Shown: piece after piece, positions 9,896-20,629 of the stretch
Layout of the letters: each line of letters begins with the position of its first letter
Position numbering within the stretch: position 1 is the stretch's first letter
Origin: an uncultured candidatus Porisulfidus sp.
Lineage (GTDB): Bacteria; Pseudomonadota; Gammaproteobacteria; Poriferisulfidales; Oxydemutatoraceae
Assembly (NCBI GenBank): GCA_965215125.1
Contig: OZ244052.1
Coordinates: 1,088,001 to 1,152,000 of the forward strand
Reading direction: 5' to 3'
Length of the DNA: 64,000 nucleotides
Notes under the pieces: generated by a model
What the model saw: the letters and a program-made list of their open reading frames with translations, nothing else
Database searches by the model: none
What the model was told of the DNA's origin: nothing
Position numbers and translations under genes: made by a program

Positions 9896-10702
9896 TTACA
9901 ACGCCGTCATCAAATCCATTACTTGTTTGTGTTGCCATACATCGTGCACCCTAAAAATTTTGACACCGGCTTGTAATCCGAGTACCGTCGTCGCACAGCT
10001 TGCCGGCACGCGCTGTTGCGGTTTGGCTACACGACACACGTCCCCCATAAAGCGTTTGCGGCTGGTGCCTAGTAGTACTGGGTAACCCAGTGCGGTTATT
10101 TTGTTCAGATGCTTTAGAAGCCTTAGGTTATGCTCGGTGTTTTTCCCGAAACCAATGCCCGGATCTAGAATGATCGCATCCTCGCTCAACCCGTAATTCT
10201 TTGCGGCTTCGGCTCGGGCGACCAAGAAATCGCATACCTCGCCGACCACATCGTCGTACTGCGGCTGCTCGTTCATGGTAGCTGGTTGGCCTTGCATGTG
10301 CATCAGGCAAATCGGTACTTGTCGGTCTGCCGATAGTTCCAACATCGCCGGATCGTCGCGCCCTGCCGAAACATCGTTGAGCATTGCGGCACCATGATCC
10401 AAAGCAGCTTCGGCAACCTCGGATAAAGTGGTATCTATACTCATTATCGTATCGGAATAACATTCCGATATTGCTGCAATGATATCCACCACGCGCGCCT
10501 TCTGCTCTGCGGCACCGACCCGTTGCGAACCGGGGCGCGTGGATTCACCACCTATGTCGATGATGTCGGCACCTTGCTCTATCATTGTCCCTACACCCTC
10601 GATAATCTGTTCGGGATGATTCCACTCCCCGCCGTCCGAAAAGCTATCGGGGGTGAGGTTCAGGATTGCCATCAATCGGGGCTTGCTTAAATCCAGTTTC
10701 AT
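9896..10702 (-). CDS. folP: Dihydropteroate synthase
   Basis: NLTPDSFSDGG, IDIGGESTRPG, DPGIGF, SRKRF, RVHDV. Confidence 0.97.
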   Translation of the reverse strand: MKLDLSKPRLMAILNLTPDSFSDGGEWNHPEQIIEGVGTMIEQGADIIDIGGESTRPGSQRVGAAEQKARVVDIIAAISECYSDTIMSIDTTLSEVAEAALDHGAAMLNDVSAGRDDPAMLELSADRQVPICLMHMQGQPATMNEQPQYDDVVGEVCDFLVARAEAAKNYGLSEDAIILDPGIGFGKNTEHNLRLLKHLNKITALGYPVLLGTSRKRFMGDVCRVAKPQQRVPASCATTVLGLQAGVKIFRVHDVWQHKQVMDLMTAL

Positions 10703-10788
10703 TACTTCTTGCTAAAAACCACCATTATATTCTTGATTGTACTTTTCTATATCCACGATTTATTCTTCTCTGGTCAAATGGGCAGTTG

Positions 10789-10797
10789 TGCTATAAT
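10789..10797 (+). promoter_or_regulatory. Extended -10 promoter element
   Basis: TGCTATAAT just upstream of ORF 10812..11081. Confidence 0.45.
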
Positions 10798-10811
10798 CAA
10801 GTCACTGATTT

Positions 10812-11081
10812 ATGAGGCAATATGGTATGAATACACGCTTGAATGCAGTGCATCACCAGCAGCAAGTGATCAAAAACAACAATAGTTTACTTGATTTATT
10901 GGCGGTGCTAGTTATAGGAGGAATAGGAATGACTATATCTTTCAGCGCAGGCGATGATACGCTAGCCTACGCATTAGGTCTGATTATAATGATACTTGTC
11001 ATCGTACGGCTTTCTTTTGACTGCTTGAGCGCATATCGTGATTATAAGGATCGCACCAAAGACAAAAATAAAGGCCAATAA
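10812..11081 (+). CDS. Small hypothetical membrane protein (2 TM)
   Basis: Two hydrophobic stretches and a basic tail; upstream extended -10 element; start uncertain. Confidence 0.55.
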   Translation: MRQYGMNTRLNAVHHQQQVIKNNNSLLDLLAVLVIGGIGMTISFSAGDDTLAYALGLIIMILVIVRLSFDCLSAYRDYKDRTKDKNKGQ

Positions 11082-11150
11082 ATTAAGCCTATATGTCGCT
11101 ATCCAACCAACAAAAAACTTACCGCAGTTAATCCAAAGCGCAGGTCTAAT

Positions 11151-12098
11151 TTAGAAAGCGTCGCGCCTATAAACACGAATATTATCGCCTATATCAAATG
11201 CCGTCAGGTCTTCACCGAACATTACCTCGCCTTTATACCCCGCCTTTATCTCGGATAATACATCGGCGCGATCTTTGCCGAAAATAAGCGCGTGAACTAA
11301 AACCGTTTGACGAGGATTGCTTCGCCTCAATAAGCGGTTCAATTCCGAGGGTCTGGTATGATACGAAATGACTTTGCGTAAGCGTGGGTTACGCTCTAAT
11401 AAGACATCGCTTGCATCGGCAATCTCGTGGATCAATAAATCCGCACCTTCGGCGTGTTCGGCTATTTTCTCCGAGTAACGGGTGTCGCCCGAAATCACCA
11501 AACGACGCCCTTTATAATCAATCCGATAACCGAAAGCGGGCTTGACGACACCGTGATCGACCAGAATTGCCTCCACAGTCAAGTCTCCCTCCGAATAAAC
11601 CACGCCTTCGTCAATTTCACGAACATCGATGCGAATGCCCGCTTCGGGCAAATCGGTATGCTGCTTGCGTAGCGAGATATCGAAGGAATAAGCCTTTAGG
11701 ATTTGCTGCACATGGTGTTCACTGCCGACGGGACCCCACAGCCGTATCGGATCGGCGCGTTGAAAAACCCAGCCGGAAAGCATCAAATCGGGCAAACCGA
11801 TAATGTGGTCGTAGTGCAGATGGGTGATGAATAGCTTATTAATGGTGTTGTAGTCCAATCTTAGCTGATAGATTCGCCGTGCAACGCCGCGCCCGGCATC
11901 TAACAATAATTTTTGCGCGCCGGCTTCGACCAGCACTGCCGCACTGCCGCGTTCAATCTCCGGGCGCGGCGTGCCGGTACCCAGCAAGGTAACCACCATC
12001 ACATCGGCAGTAGCAATCGCAGTACTCATCAATAAAAAAAGCGCGCAGTACCACGCTCCGACAACGGCACCAACCATTCTCAACGACAATCGCTTCAT
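11151..12098 (-). CDS. Exported MBL-fold hydrolase (RNase Z/AtsA-like)
   Basis: Signal-peptide-like N-terminus; LLGTGTP, THLHYDH, SGDT, LIHE, YHT. Confidence 0.85.
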   Translation of the reverse strand: MKRLSLRMVGAVVGAWYCALFLLMSTAIATADVMVVTLLGTGTPRPEIERGSAAVLVEAGAQKLLLDAGRGVARRIYQLRLDYNTINKLFITHLHYDHIIGLPDLMLSGWVFQRADPIRLWGPVGSEHHVQQILKAYSFDISLRKQHTDLPEAGIRIDVREIDEGVVYSEGDLTVEAILVDHGVVKPAFGYRIDYKGRRLVISGDTRYSEKIAEHAEGADLLIHEIADASDVLLERNPRLRKVISYHTRPSELNRLLRRSNPRQTVLVHALIFGKDRADVLSEIKAGYKGEVMFGEDLTAFDIGDNIRVYRRDAF

Positions 12099-13889
12099 CT
12101 ACTTATCCACCTTTAGCACCGCTAAAAACGCCTCTTGCGGTACGTTGACTTTGCCGATTTGTTTCATACGCTTCTTGCCTGCTTTTTGTTTTTCCAACAA
12201 CTTCCGCTTGCGGGTAACATCTCCGCCGTAGCATTTTGCGGTGACATTCTTGCGCAGTGCTTTGGTCGTCGCTCGTGCAATAACGCGAGAACCTATGGCA
12301 GCTTGTATCGCAACATCAAACATTTGCCGAGGAATTAGGGTTGCCATTTTTTCTACTAAGGTGCGCCCTAGCGTTTGTGCATAATTTCTATGCACTATCG
12401 CCGATAACGCATCAACCCGGTCGCCGTTGATCAGCATATCCAACCGGATCAAGTCGGCAATCCTATAGCCGGCCAGATAGTAGTCAAAGGATGCATAACC
12501 TCTGGTAATAGATTTTAGACGATCAAAGAAATCGTAGACTATTTCGTTCAACGGCAGTTCGTACTCTATCGCAGCTTGTAGACCCACATAATGTATCTTT
12601 TTTTGTACGCCTCGCTTTTCTATACATATTTTCATCACATCGCCGATATGGTTCTGGGAGACCAGTATCGTTGCTAAAATCATAGGTTCTTCAATCCTTT
12701 CCACCTCGTTTGCAGGGGGCAGGGTGTCGGGGTTGTGCACCTCCACCACCTCGCCGCTTTTGAGTGTAACCCTATAGGTGACAGTCGGTGCGGTGGTGAC
12801 CAAAGCCTTGCCGTATTCACGCTCCAAACGTTCTTGTATAACCTCCATGTGCAACATGCCGAGAAAGCCACAGCGAAAGCCGAAGCCCAAGGCCTGAGAA
12901 GTCTCCGGCTCGTAGACCAACGCGGCATCGTTCAGGCTCAATTGATCCAAGGCTGCGCGTAAATCCGGATAATCTTCCGAATTTACCGGATAAATCCCGG
13001 CAAACACCCGCGGCGGTATTTTCTTAAATCCTGCCAGTGCTTGTGTTGCCGGGCTTTGTGCGTTAGTCCACGTATCTCCGACACGAACTTCTTCTATGCG
13101 TTTGATACCGGCGATCACAAACCCGACATCGCCGGTATACAAGCACGAGTGCATCACGCGCTCGGGGGTATAAACCCCCACCGCCTCGACTTTGTGGGTG
13201 GTTTTATTCGCCATAGACAGTATTTTACCGCCGACTTCCAGTTGACCGTCTACGACCCGCACCAACGCAATCACACCCAAATACTGGTCAAACCAAGAAT
13301 CTATAATCAACGCCTTCAAAGGCGCATCGACGACACCTTGCGGCGGCGGAATTTTAGCGACGATATGTTCGAGCAATGCTTGCACCCCCTGACCGGTTTT
13401 AGCACTCACCAAACAGAGTTCGCTTATGTCCAGCCCGATCAAATCGACGATTTCTTGTTCAACGCGTTCCACCTCGGCAACCGGACGATCAATTTTGTTC
13501 AGCACCGGCAACACGACGAGGTTTTGTTCTACTGCGGTGTAGCAAACTGCGATGCTCTGCGCTTCCACGCCTTGTGTTGCATCGACGACCAACAGCGCGC
13601 CCTCGCAAGCGGATAGGGAACGCGACACCTCGTAGCTGAAGTCCACATGCCCGGGTGTGTCTATAAAATTGAGCTTGTACTGCTCGCCGTTGCGTGCCGT
13701 ATAATTCAACGATACCGCTTGCGCCTTAATCGTGATGCCGCGTTCTCGCTCTATATCCATTGTGTCGAGGACCTGCGATACCATTCGGCGACCACTATAT
13801 CCGCCGCATAATTCAATAAATCTATCGGCAAGCGTCGATTTACCGTGATCTATATGCGCGATAATCGAGAAATTTCGGGTTTTATTCAT
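12099..13889 (-). CDS. lepA: Elongation factor 4 (LepA)
   Basis: [19 protein letters not shown] through KCYGGD; start placed at MNKTRN (13889). Confidence 0.97.
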   Translation of the reverse strand: MNKTRNFSIIAHIDHGKSTLADRFIELCGGYSGRRMVSQVLDTMDIERERGITIKAQAVSLNYTARNGEQYKLNFIDTPGHVDFSYEVSRSLSACEGALLVVDATQGVEAQSIAVCYTAVEQNLVVLPVLNKIDRPVAEVERVEQEIVDLIGLDISELCLVSAKTGQGVQALLEHIVAKIPPPQGVVDAPLKALIIDSWFDQYLGVIALVRVVDGQLEVGGKILSMANKTTHKVEAVGVYTPERVMHSCLYTGDVGFVIAGIKRIEEVRVGDTWTNAQSPATQALAGFKKIPPRVFAGIYPVNSEDYPDLRAALDQLSLNDAALVYEPETSQALGFGFRCGFLGMLHMEVIQERLEREYGKALVTTAPTVTYRVTLKSGEVVEVHNPDTLPPANEVERIEEPMILATILVSQNHIGDVMKICIEKRGVQKKIHYVGLQAAIEYELPLNEIVYDFFDRLKSITRGYASFDYYLAGYRIADLIRLDMLINGDRVDALSAIVHRNYAQTLGRTLVEKMATLIPRQMFDVAIQAAIGSRVIARATTKALRKNVTAKCYGGDVTRKRKLLEKQKAGKKRMKQIGKVNVPQEAFLAVLKVDK

Positions 13890-14172
13890 GATACTATAAA
13901 TTATAGATGAGCGACGATCGTATACCATTACTTTCCATACAATTTTTACATCGCTTCTATATGGATATTTTGGAAACCAAAATTCCCCACACTGCGAATT
14001 AAAAAAATTATGTTTTAATCGCAAAGCTATGGTAGAATGGATACTCAAACAAATGCTTCTCTGCGAATTTTGATTCCATACCAGTATAGAAATCGGCATC
14101 GGCTTCGCCTAGAGGTTCTTTGATAACAACTTTTAGCCCCTTCGTCTATTTAATAACCCTAGGATAACTAAT

Positions 14173-15429
14173 ATGAATCTTACAGAATTAAAAAAAACAC
14201 CGGTTCCCGATTTGATATCGCTGGCACAATCTATGGGTGTGGAAAGCACTAGGAGTTCACGACGCCAAGATATTATTTTTTCCATATTAAAAACAAAATC
14301 TAAAAATCGGGAAGACATTACCAGCGAAGGTGTGCTCGAGATACTGGAAAACGGTTTCGGGTTTCTACGCTCGGCGGATGAATCTTATCAACCCGGACCC
14401 GACGATATTTATGTATCACCGAATCAAATTAAACGTTTCGATCTACGCACCGGAGATACGATCGCCGGAAAAATTCGGCCGCCCAGAGACGGCGAGCGTT
14501 ATTTTGCACTGCTGAAGATAGATACGGTCAACTATCAATCCTTAGAGCAAGCTCGAGATAAAGTCCCTTTTGAAAACTTAACGCCTCTGCATGCGGAGGA
14601 GCGTCTGCGCCTTGAGTGCGGAAGCGGCAGTTCGGAGGATATTACTGCACGGATGATAGATTTGATTGCCCCGATCGGCAAAGGGCAACGGGGATTGCTG
14701 GTTTCTCCACCCAAAGCGGGAAAGACCATCATGCTACAAAACATCGCCCAAAGTATCACTGCAAATTGTCCCGAATGTTATTTGATCGTATTGCTGATAG
14801 ACGAACGTCCCGAGGAAGTCACCGAGATGCAACGCATGGTGAAAGGTGAGGTTGTCTCCAGCACTTTTGACGAGCCGGCAACACGACATGTACAGGTTGC
14901 CGACATGGTCATAGAAAAAGCCAAACGTTTGGTTGAACACAAAAAAGATGTAGTGATACTACTGGACTCAATCACTCGCCTCGCTCGGGCCTACAACACG
15001 GTGATGCCGGTCTCGGGACGGGTATTGACGGGTGGTGTCGATGCCAACGCATTAACACGCCCCAAAAGGTTTTTCGGGGCAGCTAGAAATACCGAAGAAG
15101 GCGGCAGTCTGACAATACTCGCGACCGCTCTAATCGATACCGGGTCTAAAATGGACGAAGTTATTTATGAAGAGTTCAAAGGCACCGGTAATATGGAAAT
15201 ACACCTGGATCGTCGCATTGCCGAAAAACGCATCTATCCGGCAATCAATGTGAAACGTTCCAGCACCAGACGGGAGGAATTATTGACCGAACCGGACGAG
15301 CTACAGAAAATGTGGGTGTTAAGAAAGTTCTTAGATCCTATGGATGATGCGGAAGCAATAGAGTTTATGCTGGCGCGGATGAAAAATACAAAAATCAATT
15401 CCGAGTTCTTCGAGGCGATGAGGAGCTAA
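14173..15429 (+). CDS. rho: Transcription termination factor Rho
   Basis: [32 protein letters not shown]. Confidence 0.98.
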   Translation: MNLTELKKTPVPDLISLAQSMGVESTRSSRRQDIIFSILKTKSKNREDITSEGVLEILENGFGFLRSADESYQPGPDDIYVSPNQIKRFDLRTGDTIAGKIRPPRDGERYFALLKIDTVNYQSLEQARDKVPFENLTPLHAEERLRLECGSGSSEDITARMIDLIAPIGKGQRGLLVSPPKAGKTIMLQNIAQSITANCPECYLIVLLIDERPEEVTEMQRMVKGEVVSSTFDEPATRHVQVADMVIEKAKRLVEHKKDVVILLDSITRLARAYNTVMPVSGRVLTGGVDANALTRPKRFFGAARNTEEGGSLTILATALIDTGSKMDEVIYEEFKGTGNMEIHLDRRIAEKRIYPAINVKRSSTRREELLTEPDELQKMWVLRKFLDPMDDAEAIEFMLARMKNTKINSEFFEAMRS

Positions 15430-15431
15430 TC

Positions 15432-15630
15432 AGAACCGCCGTTTGCTGCAATGGCAACAAACGGCGCGACATCGTGCAAAAACTTAGCATGGGTATGTAG
15501 GTCGAACAAGCTAGGGCTTGTTCTCATAAGTGCAAGGTGGTGCTAGTTGCACGGAATGGTATTTTAGGGCAGACAAATCAAATTGCCGATTGACCTGCCG
15601 GCTCAATCGGCGGCTTTATATTGCCCCTAC
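15432..15630. repeat. Mosaic of REP-like hairpins between convergent rho and purH
   Basis: Family B hairpins at about 15437-15465 and 15585-15611; GAACAAGC..GCTTGTTC hairpin; flanking TAGGGCAGAC..TGCCCCTAC; homologous to 52165-52237 in reverse. Confidence 0.7.
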
Positions 15631-15640
15631 GACTCGATGG

Positions 15641-17200
15641 TCAGTGCTTGAAATTACGTATGCCGCTGAACACCATGGCAATGCCGTTTTGGTCTGCCGA
15701 CACAATCACATCGGAATCTTTTAGGGAGCCGCCGGGCTGCACCACAGCACAAATTCCTATCTCGGCGGCGTATTCAATGCTATCGGCGAAAGGAAAGAAA
15801 GCGTCGGATGCTAAAACCGCTTTATCCAGCGATAGTTTTGCCTGCCGTGCTTTGCTCGCCGCTATTTTCATCGCATCTATTCTGCTCATCTGTCCTGCAC
15901 CTATTCCCAGTGTCTGTAGTTCACTCGCATAGACGATAGCATTTGATTTCACATGTTTTGCAACACGCGCAGCGAAAACCAAGTCGCGTATTTGCTTATC
16001 GTTCGCGGCATACTGGCCGGCCACGCTCAAATCCTTTGCCGTGATACGGGAATTATCTTTTTGTTGGACTAGTAGACCACCCGCTACGCTACGCAGGCTA
16101 TAGTCCGACTTTTTTTGTTCGGGAGGCTTATAAGCCATCAAACGCACGCTCGGTTTTTTAGTTAACACCTGCTTGGCACCGTCACTCACTTCGGGGGCGG
16201 CTATCACTTCTACGAATTGTTGTTCTATAATGCAGGTTGCCGTCTGTTCGTCTATTGCGCAATTAAACGCAATGACACCACCGAATGCCGACAGGGGATC
16301 GGTCGCGTAAGCTCGCATATAAGCATCGATCGGATCCGAACCGCAAGCAACACCGCACGGGTTAGTGTGCTTGATAATCGCACAAACACATTTTTCCATA
16401 TCGCTAAAATCGGAGACCAGTGCTACTGCCGAATCTAGATCCAGATAATTGTTATACGATAATTCTTTACCCTGTATTTGTTGGATGCAATGATGCCCTT
16501 CACTGATATACAGCGCAGCGCGTTGGTGTGGATTTTCACCGTAGCGCAACGCAATAGCCCGAATATATTCTCCCGAACTACCTGGAAAATCATCATTTAT
16601 TTCGGCTAAATAGCGGCTAATCGCACTATCGTAAGCGGCGGTATAGCTAAACGCCTTTTCTGCCCAAAGCAACCGTTGTTCGTGCGGGATGCCGCAACTG
16701 TTTTGTCTCAACAAAGACATTAACATCGGATAGTCGGCAGGATCTACGATAACCGTAACATCACGGTGGTTTTTGGCTGCAGAACGAATCATCGCCGGGC
16801 CACCGATATCGATGTTTTCAATCGCTCGATTTAGCGTGCAATCCTTTCGTCGGATGGTCTGCGCAAAAGGATAAAGATTGACCACCACTAGATCTATAGC
16901 TTCTATGTGGTGGTTTTGCATCACGATATCGTCCGAACCACGCCGACCCAGCAATGCCCCGTGCACCTTCGGATGTAGTGTCTTGACACGTCCATCCATA
17001 ATTTCCGGGAACCCCGTGTAATCGGAGATTTCGGTAATTTTAATTCCTGCATCGTGTAGTTTGCGCGCAGTGCCGGAGGTAGATAGAATCTCTATATCTA
17101 AAGCAACTAGTGTTTCGGCGAGTTTAACGATGTCGGTTTTATCCGACACACTTAACAACGCGCGTTTTACTGTGTTTTTTTCCTGATTGGAATCGGGCAT
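15641..17200 (-). CDS. purH: Bifunctional AICAR transformylase/IMP cyclohydrolase
   Basis: RALLSVSDK, GRVKTLHP, LRYGENPHQ, ASDAFFPF. Confidence 0.98.
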   Translation of the reverse strand: MPDSNQEKNTVKRALLSVSDKTDIVKLAETLVALDIEILSTSGTARKLHDAGIKITEISDYTGFPEIMDGRVKTLHPKVHGALLGRRGSDDIVMQNHHIEAIDLVVVNLYPFAQTIRRKDCTLNRAIENIDIGGPAMIRSAAKNHRDVTVIVDPADYPMLMSLLRQNSCGIPHEQRLLWAEKAFSYTAAYDSAISRYLAEINDDFPGSSGEYIRAIALRYGENPHQRAALYISEGHHCIQQIQGKELSYNNYLDLDSAVALVSDFSDMEKCVCAIIKHTNPCGVACGSDPIDAYMRAYATDPLSAFGGVIAFNCAIDEQTATCIIEQQFVEVIAAPEVSDGAKQVLTKKPSVRLMAYKPPEQKKSDYSLRSVAGGLLVQQKDNSRITAKDLSVAGQYAANDKQIRDLVFAARVAKHVKSNAIVYASELQTLGIGAGQMSRIDAMKIAASKARQAKLSLDKAVLASDAFFPFADSIEYAAEIGICAVVQPGGSLKDSDVIVSADQNGIAMVFSGIRNFKH

Positions 17201-17284
17201 CGCGAATAGATTAAAAGACGCAATTATACACTAATGCGTGCATCCGCGAATCCAAGGCTTAGAAAAACTTAGGCAAATTGAGTG

Positions 17285-18193
17285 TTAATAAATGCCTGCT
17301 AGCGAGACAAAAGTTTTGGCAAATTCGCCAAATTCATCTTCTTGTTTTGATCCTTTGCGCCAAGCTATACCTATTTCGCGATAGGCATGTGCAGGCATGT
17401 CAAGCGTTTTGATAGTGGTATGCTCAAGCATTTTTGCTTTTATCGCCATTTCCGGGATAAAAGTGATGCCTAAATCGCCCTGCACCATTTGTATTAAAGT
17501 GTGTATGCTGCTCACCGCATAAGGACTTACTTTGTCTGCATTTTTAACATCGCATGCCGACAATGCATGATTTCTAAGACAATGACCATCTTTGAGAAGT
17601 AAGATGCTACCATCCGGCAAAAGCTCTTCTTTATATTTAGCAGAAAACAAGAACTGAGAGTTTTTATTGTGTGCCACCTTAAAATGATCCTTGAATAAAA
17701 CTAGGGTTTCCGCGCCTTTTAAGTCAAAGGGTAATGCCAAGATCAATAAATCAAGGTAGCCGTTTAATAACGCGCGGTGAAGATTGACGGTTAAATCTTC
17801 GTGGATCGAGATGCTCATTTCAGGATATTTCGCTTTTATCAAAGGCAATACTGCCGGCAATATGAAGGGTGCTATCGTCGGGATAATACCTAAGCGTAGA
17901 TGGCTGGTGAAGATTGTTGCGTTGTCATTGGCAATTTCTTTTAGTATTTCTACTTCCTGCAAAATTAGATTGGCTTGATCTACAACTTTTTGGCCTAATA
18001 ACGTAAACACAACTTGTTTGTTGGTTCTATCAATTAGATCTACCCCCAGCACTACCTCTAAATTGTTGACCGCAATGCTAAAAGCGGCCTGACTGACCGC
18101 ACAGTGGTCGGCTGCCTTATTAAAGTGGAGGTATTGATTCAAAGCACAAAGATAGCTTAATTGACGCAATGTTGGCTGCTTGGCTTTACTCAT
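17285..18193 (-). CDS. oxyR: Hydrogen-peroxide-responsive LysR regulator (OxyR-like)
   Basis: LysR HTH, LGIIPTIAPF, and DGHCLRNHALSAC containing both redox cysteines. Confidence 0.85.
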   Translation of the reverse strand: MSKAKQPTLRQLSYLCALNQYLHFNKAADHCAVSQAAFSIAVNNLEVVLGVDLIDRTNKQVVFTLLGQKVVDQANLILQEVEILKEIANDNATIFTSHLRLGIIPTIAPFILPAVLPLIKAKYPEMSISIHEDLTVNLHRALLNGYLDLLILALPFDLKGAETLVLFKDHFKVAHNKNSQFLFSAKYKEELLPDGSILLLKDGHCLRNHALSACDVKNADKVSPYAVSSIHTLIQMVQGDLGITFIPEMAIKAKMLEHTTIKTLDMPAHAYREIGIAWRKGSKQEDEFGEFAKTFVSLAGIY

Positions 18194-18200
18194 TGTTTAC

Positions 18201-18242
18201 AAATAAAATATATTGATGACTTTTTATCAATATATTTTATTT
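18201..18242. promoter_or_regulatory. Perfect 17-bp inverted repeat (operator or 5' hairpin) upstream of oxyR
   Basis: AAATAAAATATATTGAT-8 nt-ATCAATATATTTTATTT. Confidence 0.6.
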
Positions 18243-18385
18243 ATAATTTCCCGGTTGTCAACCTAATGTCGAATATGCCGATGACACAGATAAAAACCCT
18301 TGCAGAATTATTTATTTAGGGCATAATAGCGACTTTAGCCACATTTCGCTACATTAATTAAAAAACTATTTATAAGGATTAAAAC

Positions 18386-19645
18386 ATGCCAGGACGTAAC
18401 TTTTTATTTGTTCCAGGACCGACAAATATCCCGCAATCTATACAGAACGCAATGAATATCGCGCAGCAGGATCATCGGCGACCTGATTTTGCACAATTAA
18501 CAAAACCTCTGTTTAAGGGTTTGAACGAGGTATTCAAAACTAAGACCGGACGCTCTTTTATCTTCCCTGCTACCGGCACGGCAGGTTGGGAAATCGCACT
18601 GAGCAATACGCTGTCGCCGGGCGACAAGGTATTGACTTCGCGTTTCGGGCAATTTAGTCACCTATGGTGGGATCTTGCGGTGCGTATCGGACTAGACGTA
18701 GAAACCATAGACGTGCCGTGGGGCGAAGGTGTGCCGATTGAGAAATTCCAACGGCGTTTAGAGAAAGACACCCGGCATGAAATCAAAGCGGTGCTTACAT
18801 GTCATAACGAAACTGCCACCGGAGTTACTTCGGATATCGCTGGCTTACGTAAAGCGATGAATAAAGTAAATCATCCGGCGATGCTGTTCGTAGACGGTGT
18901 TAGCTCTATCGCAAGTATAGATTTTCGCATGGACGATTGGGGTATCGATGTTGCCGTAAGCGGCTCGCAAAAAGGGTTTATGTTGCCAGCCGGCATGGCT
19001 TTGGTATGCTTTAGCAGGAAAGCGTTGCGAGCAAGGAACACGGCAAAATGTGCCCGCTGCTTTTTAGATATACAAGACCACATCAATGCAAACGGCGACG
19101 GATTCTTCCCGTATACACCATCGGTGCCGATGCTATACGGATTGAGGGAATCGTTGAGATTGATATCCGAGGAAGGCTTGAGCCAGATATTCAAGCGGCA
19201 TCATCGGCTCGCCGAAGGTGTGCGCGCTGCGGTCAAGGCATGGGGTCTAAAACCTGTCGCCAAGCTACCTAAATGGTACTCGGACACCGTGACGGCAATC
19301 TACACACCGCCACGTTACGATGCTCGCGATGTGATAGAAATTGCCTACTACCGCTACAACATTTCCTTAGGTGCCGGGTTGTCGGTGCTTGCTGGAAAAG
19401 CCTTCCGTATCGGACATTTGGGTGATCACAACGAAACCTCTATTTTAGGCGTCATTGCCGGCGTTGAAATGGCATTGCGCGATGCCGGTGTGCCGATTAC
19501 CGCAGGCAAAGGCGTAGGCGCGGCGATCGAACACTTCCGCCGTACCGCCCCACCCCTCAAAGTAAAATTAACGACCACGAAACTTAAAAAGAGTCCCGCA
19601 AAAAGCAAAAAGAAGAAAGGCGGTTCGGGCATCGTCCGTCGTTAA
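18386..19645 (+). CDS. sgaA: Serine-glyoxylate aminotransferase-like (class V PLP enzyme)
   Basis: GRNFLFVPGPTN, HNETATGV, GSQKGFMLP, FRIGHLG; clustered with mcl and mtk. Confidence 0.85.
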   Translation: MPGRNFLFVPGPTNIPQSIQNAMNIAQQDHRRPDFAQLTKPLFKGLNEVFKTKTGRSFIFPATGTAGWEIALSNTLSPGDKVLTSRFGQFSHLWWDLAVRIGLDVETIDVPWGEGVPIEKFQRRLEKDTRHEIKAVLTCHNETATGVTSDIAGLRKAMNKVNHPAMLFVDGVSSIASIDFRMDDWGIDVAVSGSQKGFMLPAGMALVCFSRKALRARNTAKCARCFLDIQDHINANGDGFFPYTPSVPMLYGLRESLRLISEEGLSQIFKRHHRLAEGVRAAVKAWGLKPVAKLPKWYSDTVTAIYTPPRYDARDVIEIAYYRYNISLGAGLSVLAGKAFRIGHLGDHNETSILGVIAGVEMALRDAGVPITAGKGVGAAIEHFRRTAPPLKVKLTTTKLKKSPAKSKKKKGGSGIVRR

Positions 19646-19653
19646 GGTCGGTC

Positions 19654-20607
19654 ATGAGTCATACACGTTTTGAGCCGGTTTGTCAGCGAGTTCAGCGCAG
19701 TGAGCTTGCGGTGCCGGGCTCCAATCCTAAAATGATAGAGAAAGCCCTGCACTGTGATGCCGATTATGTATTTCTGGATTTAGAAGACGCGGTCGCTCCC
19801 GGCGACAAATTGCAAGCGCGCAAGAATGTTATAGAAGCCCTCAACAGCCTAGATTGGAAAGGTGCCGGCAAAACCATCTCGGTACGCATCAACGGACTGG
19901 ATACACATTATATGTATCGCGATGTCGTCGATGTAGTAGAACAAGCCGGTTCCAAACTGGATACGATACTGGTGCCTAAGGTGGGCGTGCCCGGCGACCT
20001 CTATACAGTAGATGTTTTATTAACACAGATGGAAGAAGCAAAAGGTATTAAACACCGAATCGGGCTGGAGGCCTTGATTGAAACCGCACTCGGGATGGCA
20101 TGTGTCGAGCAGATTGCATCGTCGTCGAGCAAACGCCTTGAAGCGATGCATTTCGGAGTAGCCGATTATGCGGCGAGCAATAGAGCACGCACCGTCAATA
20201 TCGGCGGGCTGAATCCGGACTACCCGGGCGATCAATGGCACGCCGCAATTACGCGCATGACGGTTGCTTGCCGAGCGTACGGGTTGCGTCCCATAGACGG
20301 ACCTTTCGGAGACTTCAAAGACCCCGACGGCTATATTTTGGCTGCAAAACGCGCCGCGGCACTGGGCGTAGAAGGCAAGTGGGCGATACACCCCTCACAG
20401 ATAGCATTGGCAAATCAGGTTTTCTCGCCACCCGATACCGAAGTAGACAAAGCACGGCGCATACTCGAAGAATTAGACAAGGCTGCCGCCGAGGGGCGTG
20501 GGGCGGCGTCCCTAGACGGAAAAATGATTGACGCAGCTTCTGCGCGCATGGCGGAAAATATCGTCGGTATTGCGGAAGCGATTGCGAATAAGCAAAGCAA
20601 ATCCTAA
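19654..20607 (+). CDS. mcl: Malyl-CoA lyase (CitE family)
   Basis: RSELAVPGS, FLDLEDAV, HFGVADYAAS, GKWAIHPSQI. Confidence 0.9.
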   Translation: MSHTRFEPVCQRVQRSELAVPGSNPKMIEKALHCDADYVFLDLEDAVAPGDKLQARKNVIEALNSLDWKGAGKTISVRINGLDTHYMYRDVVDVVEQAGSKLDTILVPKVGVPGDLYTVDVLLTQMEEAKGIKHRIGLEALIETALGMACVEQIASSSSKRLEAMHFGVADYAASNRARTVNIGGLNPDYPGDQWHAAITRMTVACRAYGLRPIDGPFGDFKDPDGYILAAKRAAALGVEGKWAIHPSQIALANQVFSPPDTEVDKARRILEELDKAAAEGRGAASLDGKMIDAASARMAENIVGIAEAIANKQSKS

Positions 20608-20629
20608 AAACTCATAGGAGGAGATCACA

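Noticed and set aside
13890-14099. 70-aa N-terminal extension of LepA in the ORF track
   Set aside because: Homology starts at MNKTRN; the extension is the lepA-rho divergent promoter region.
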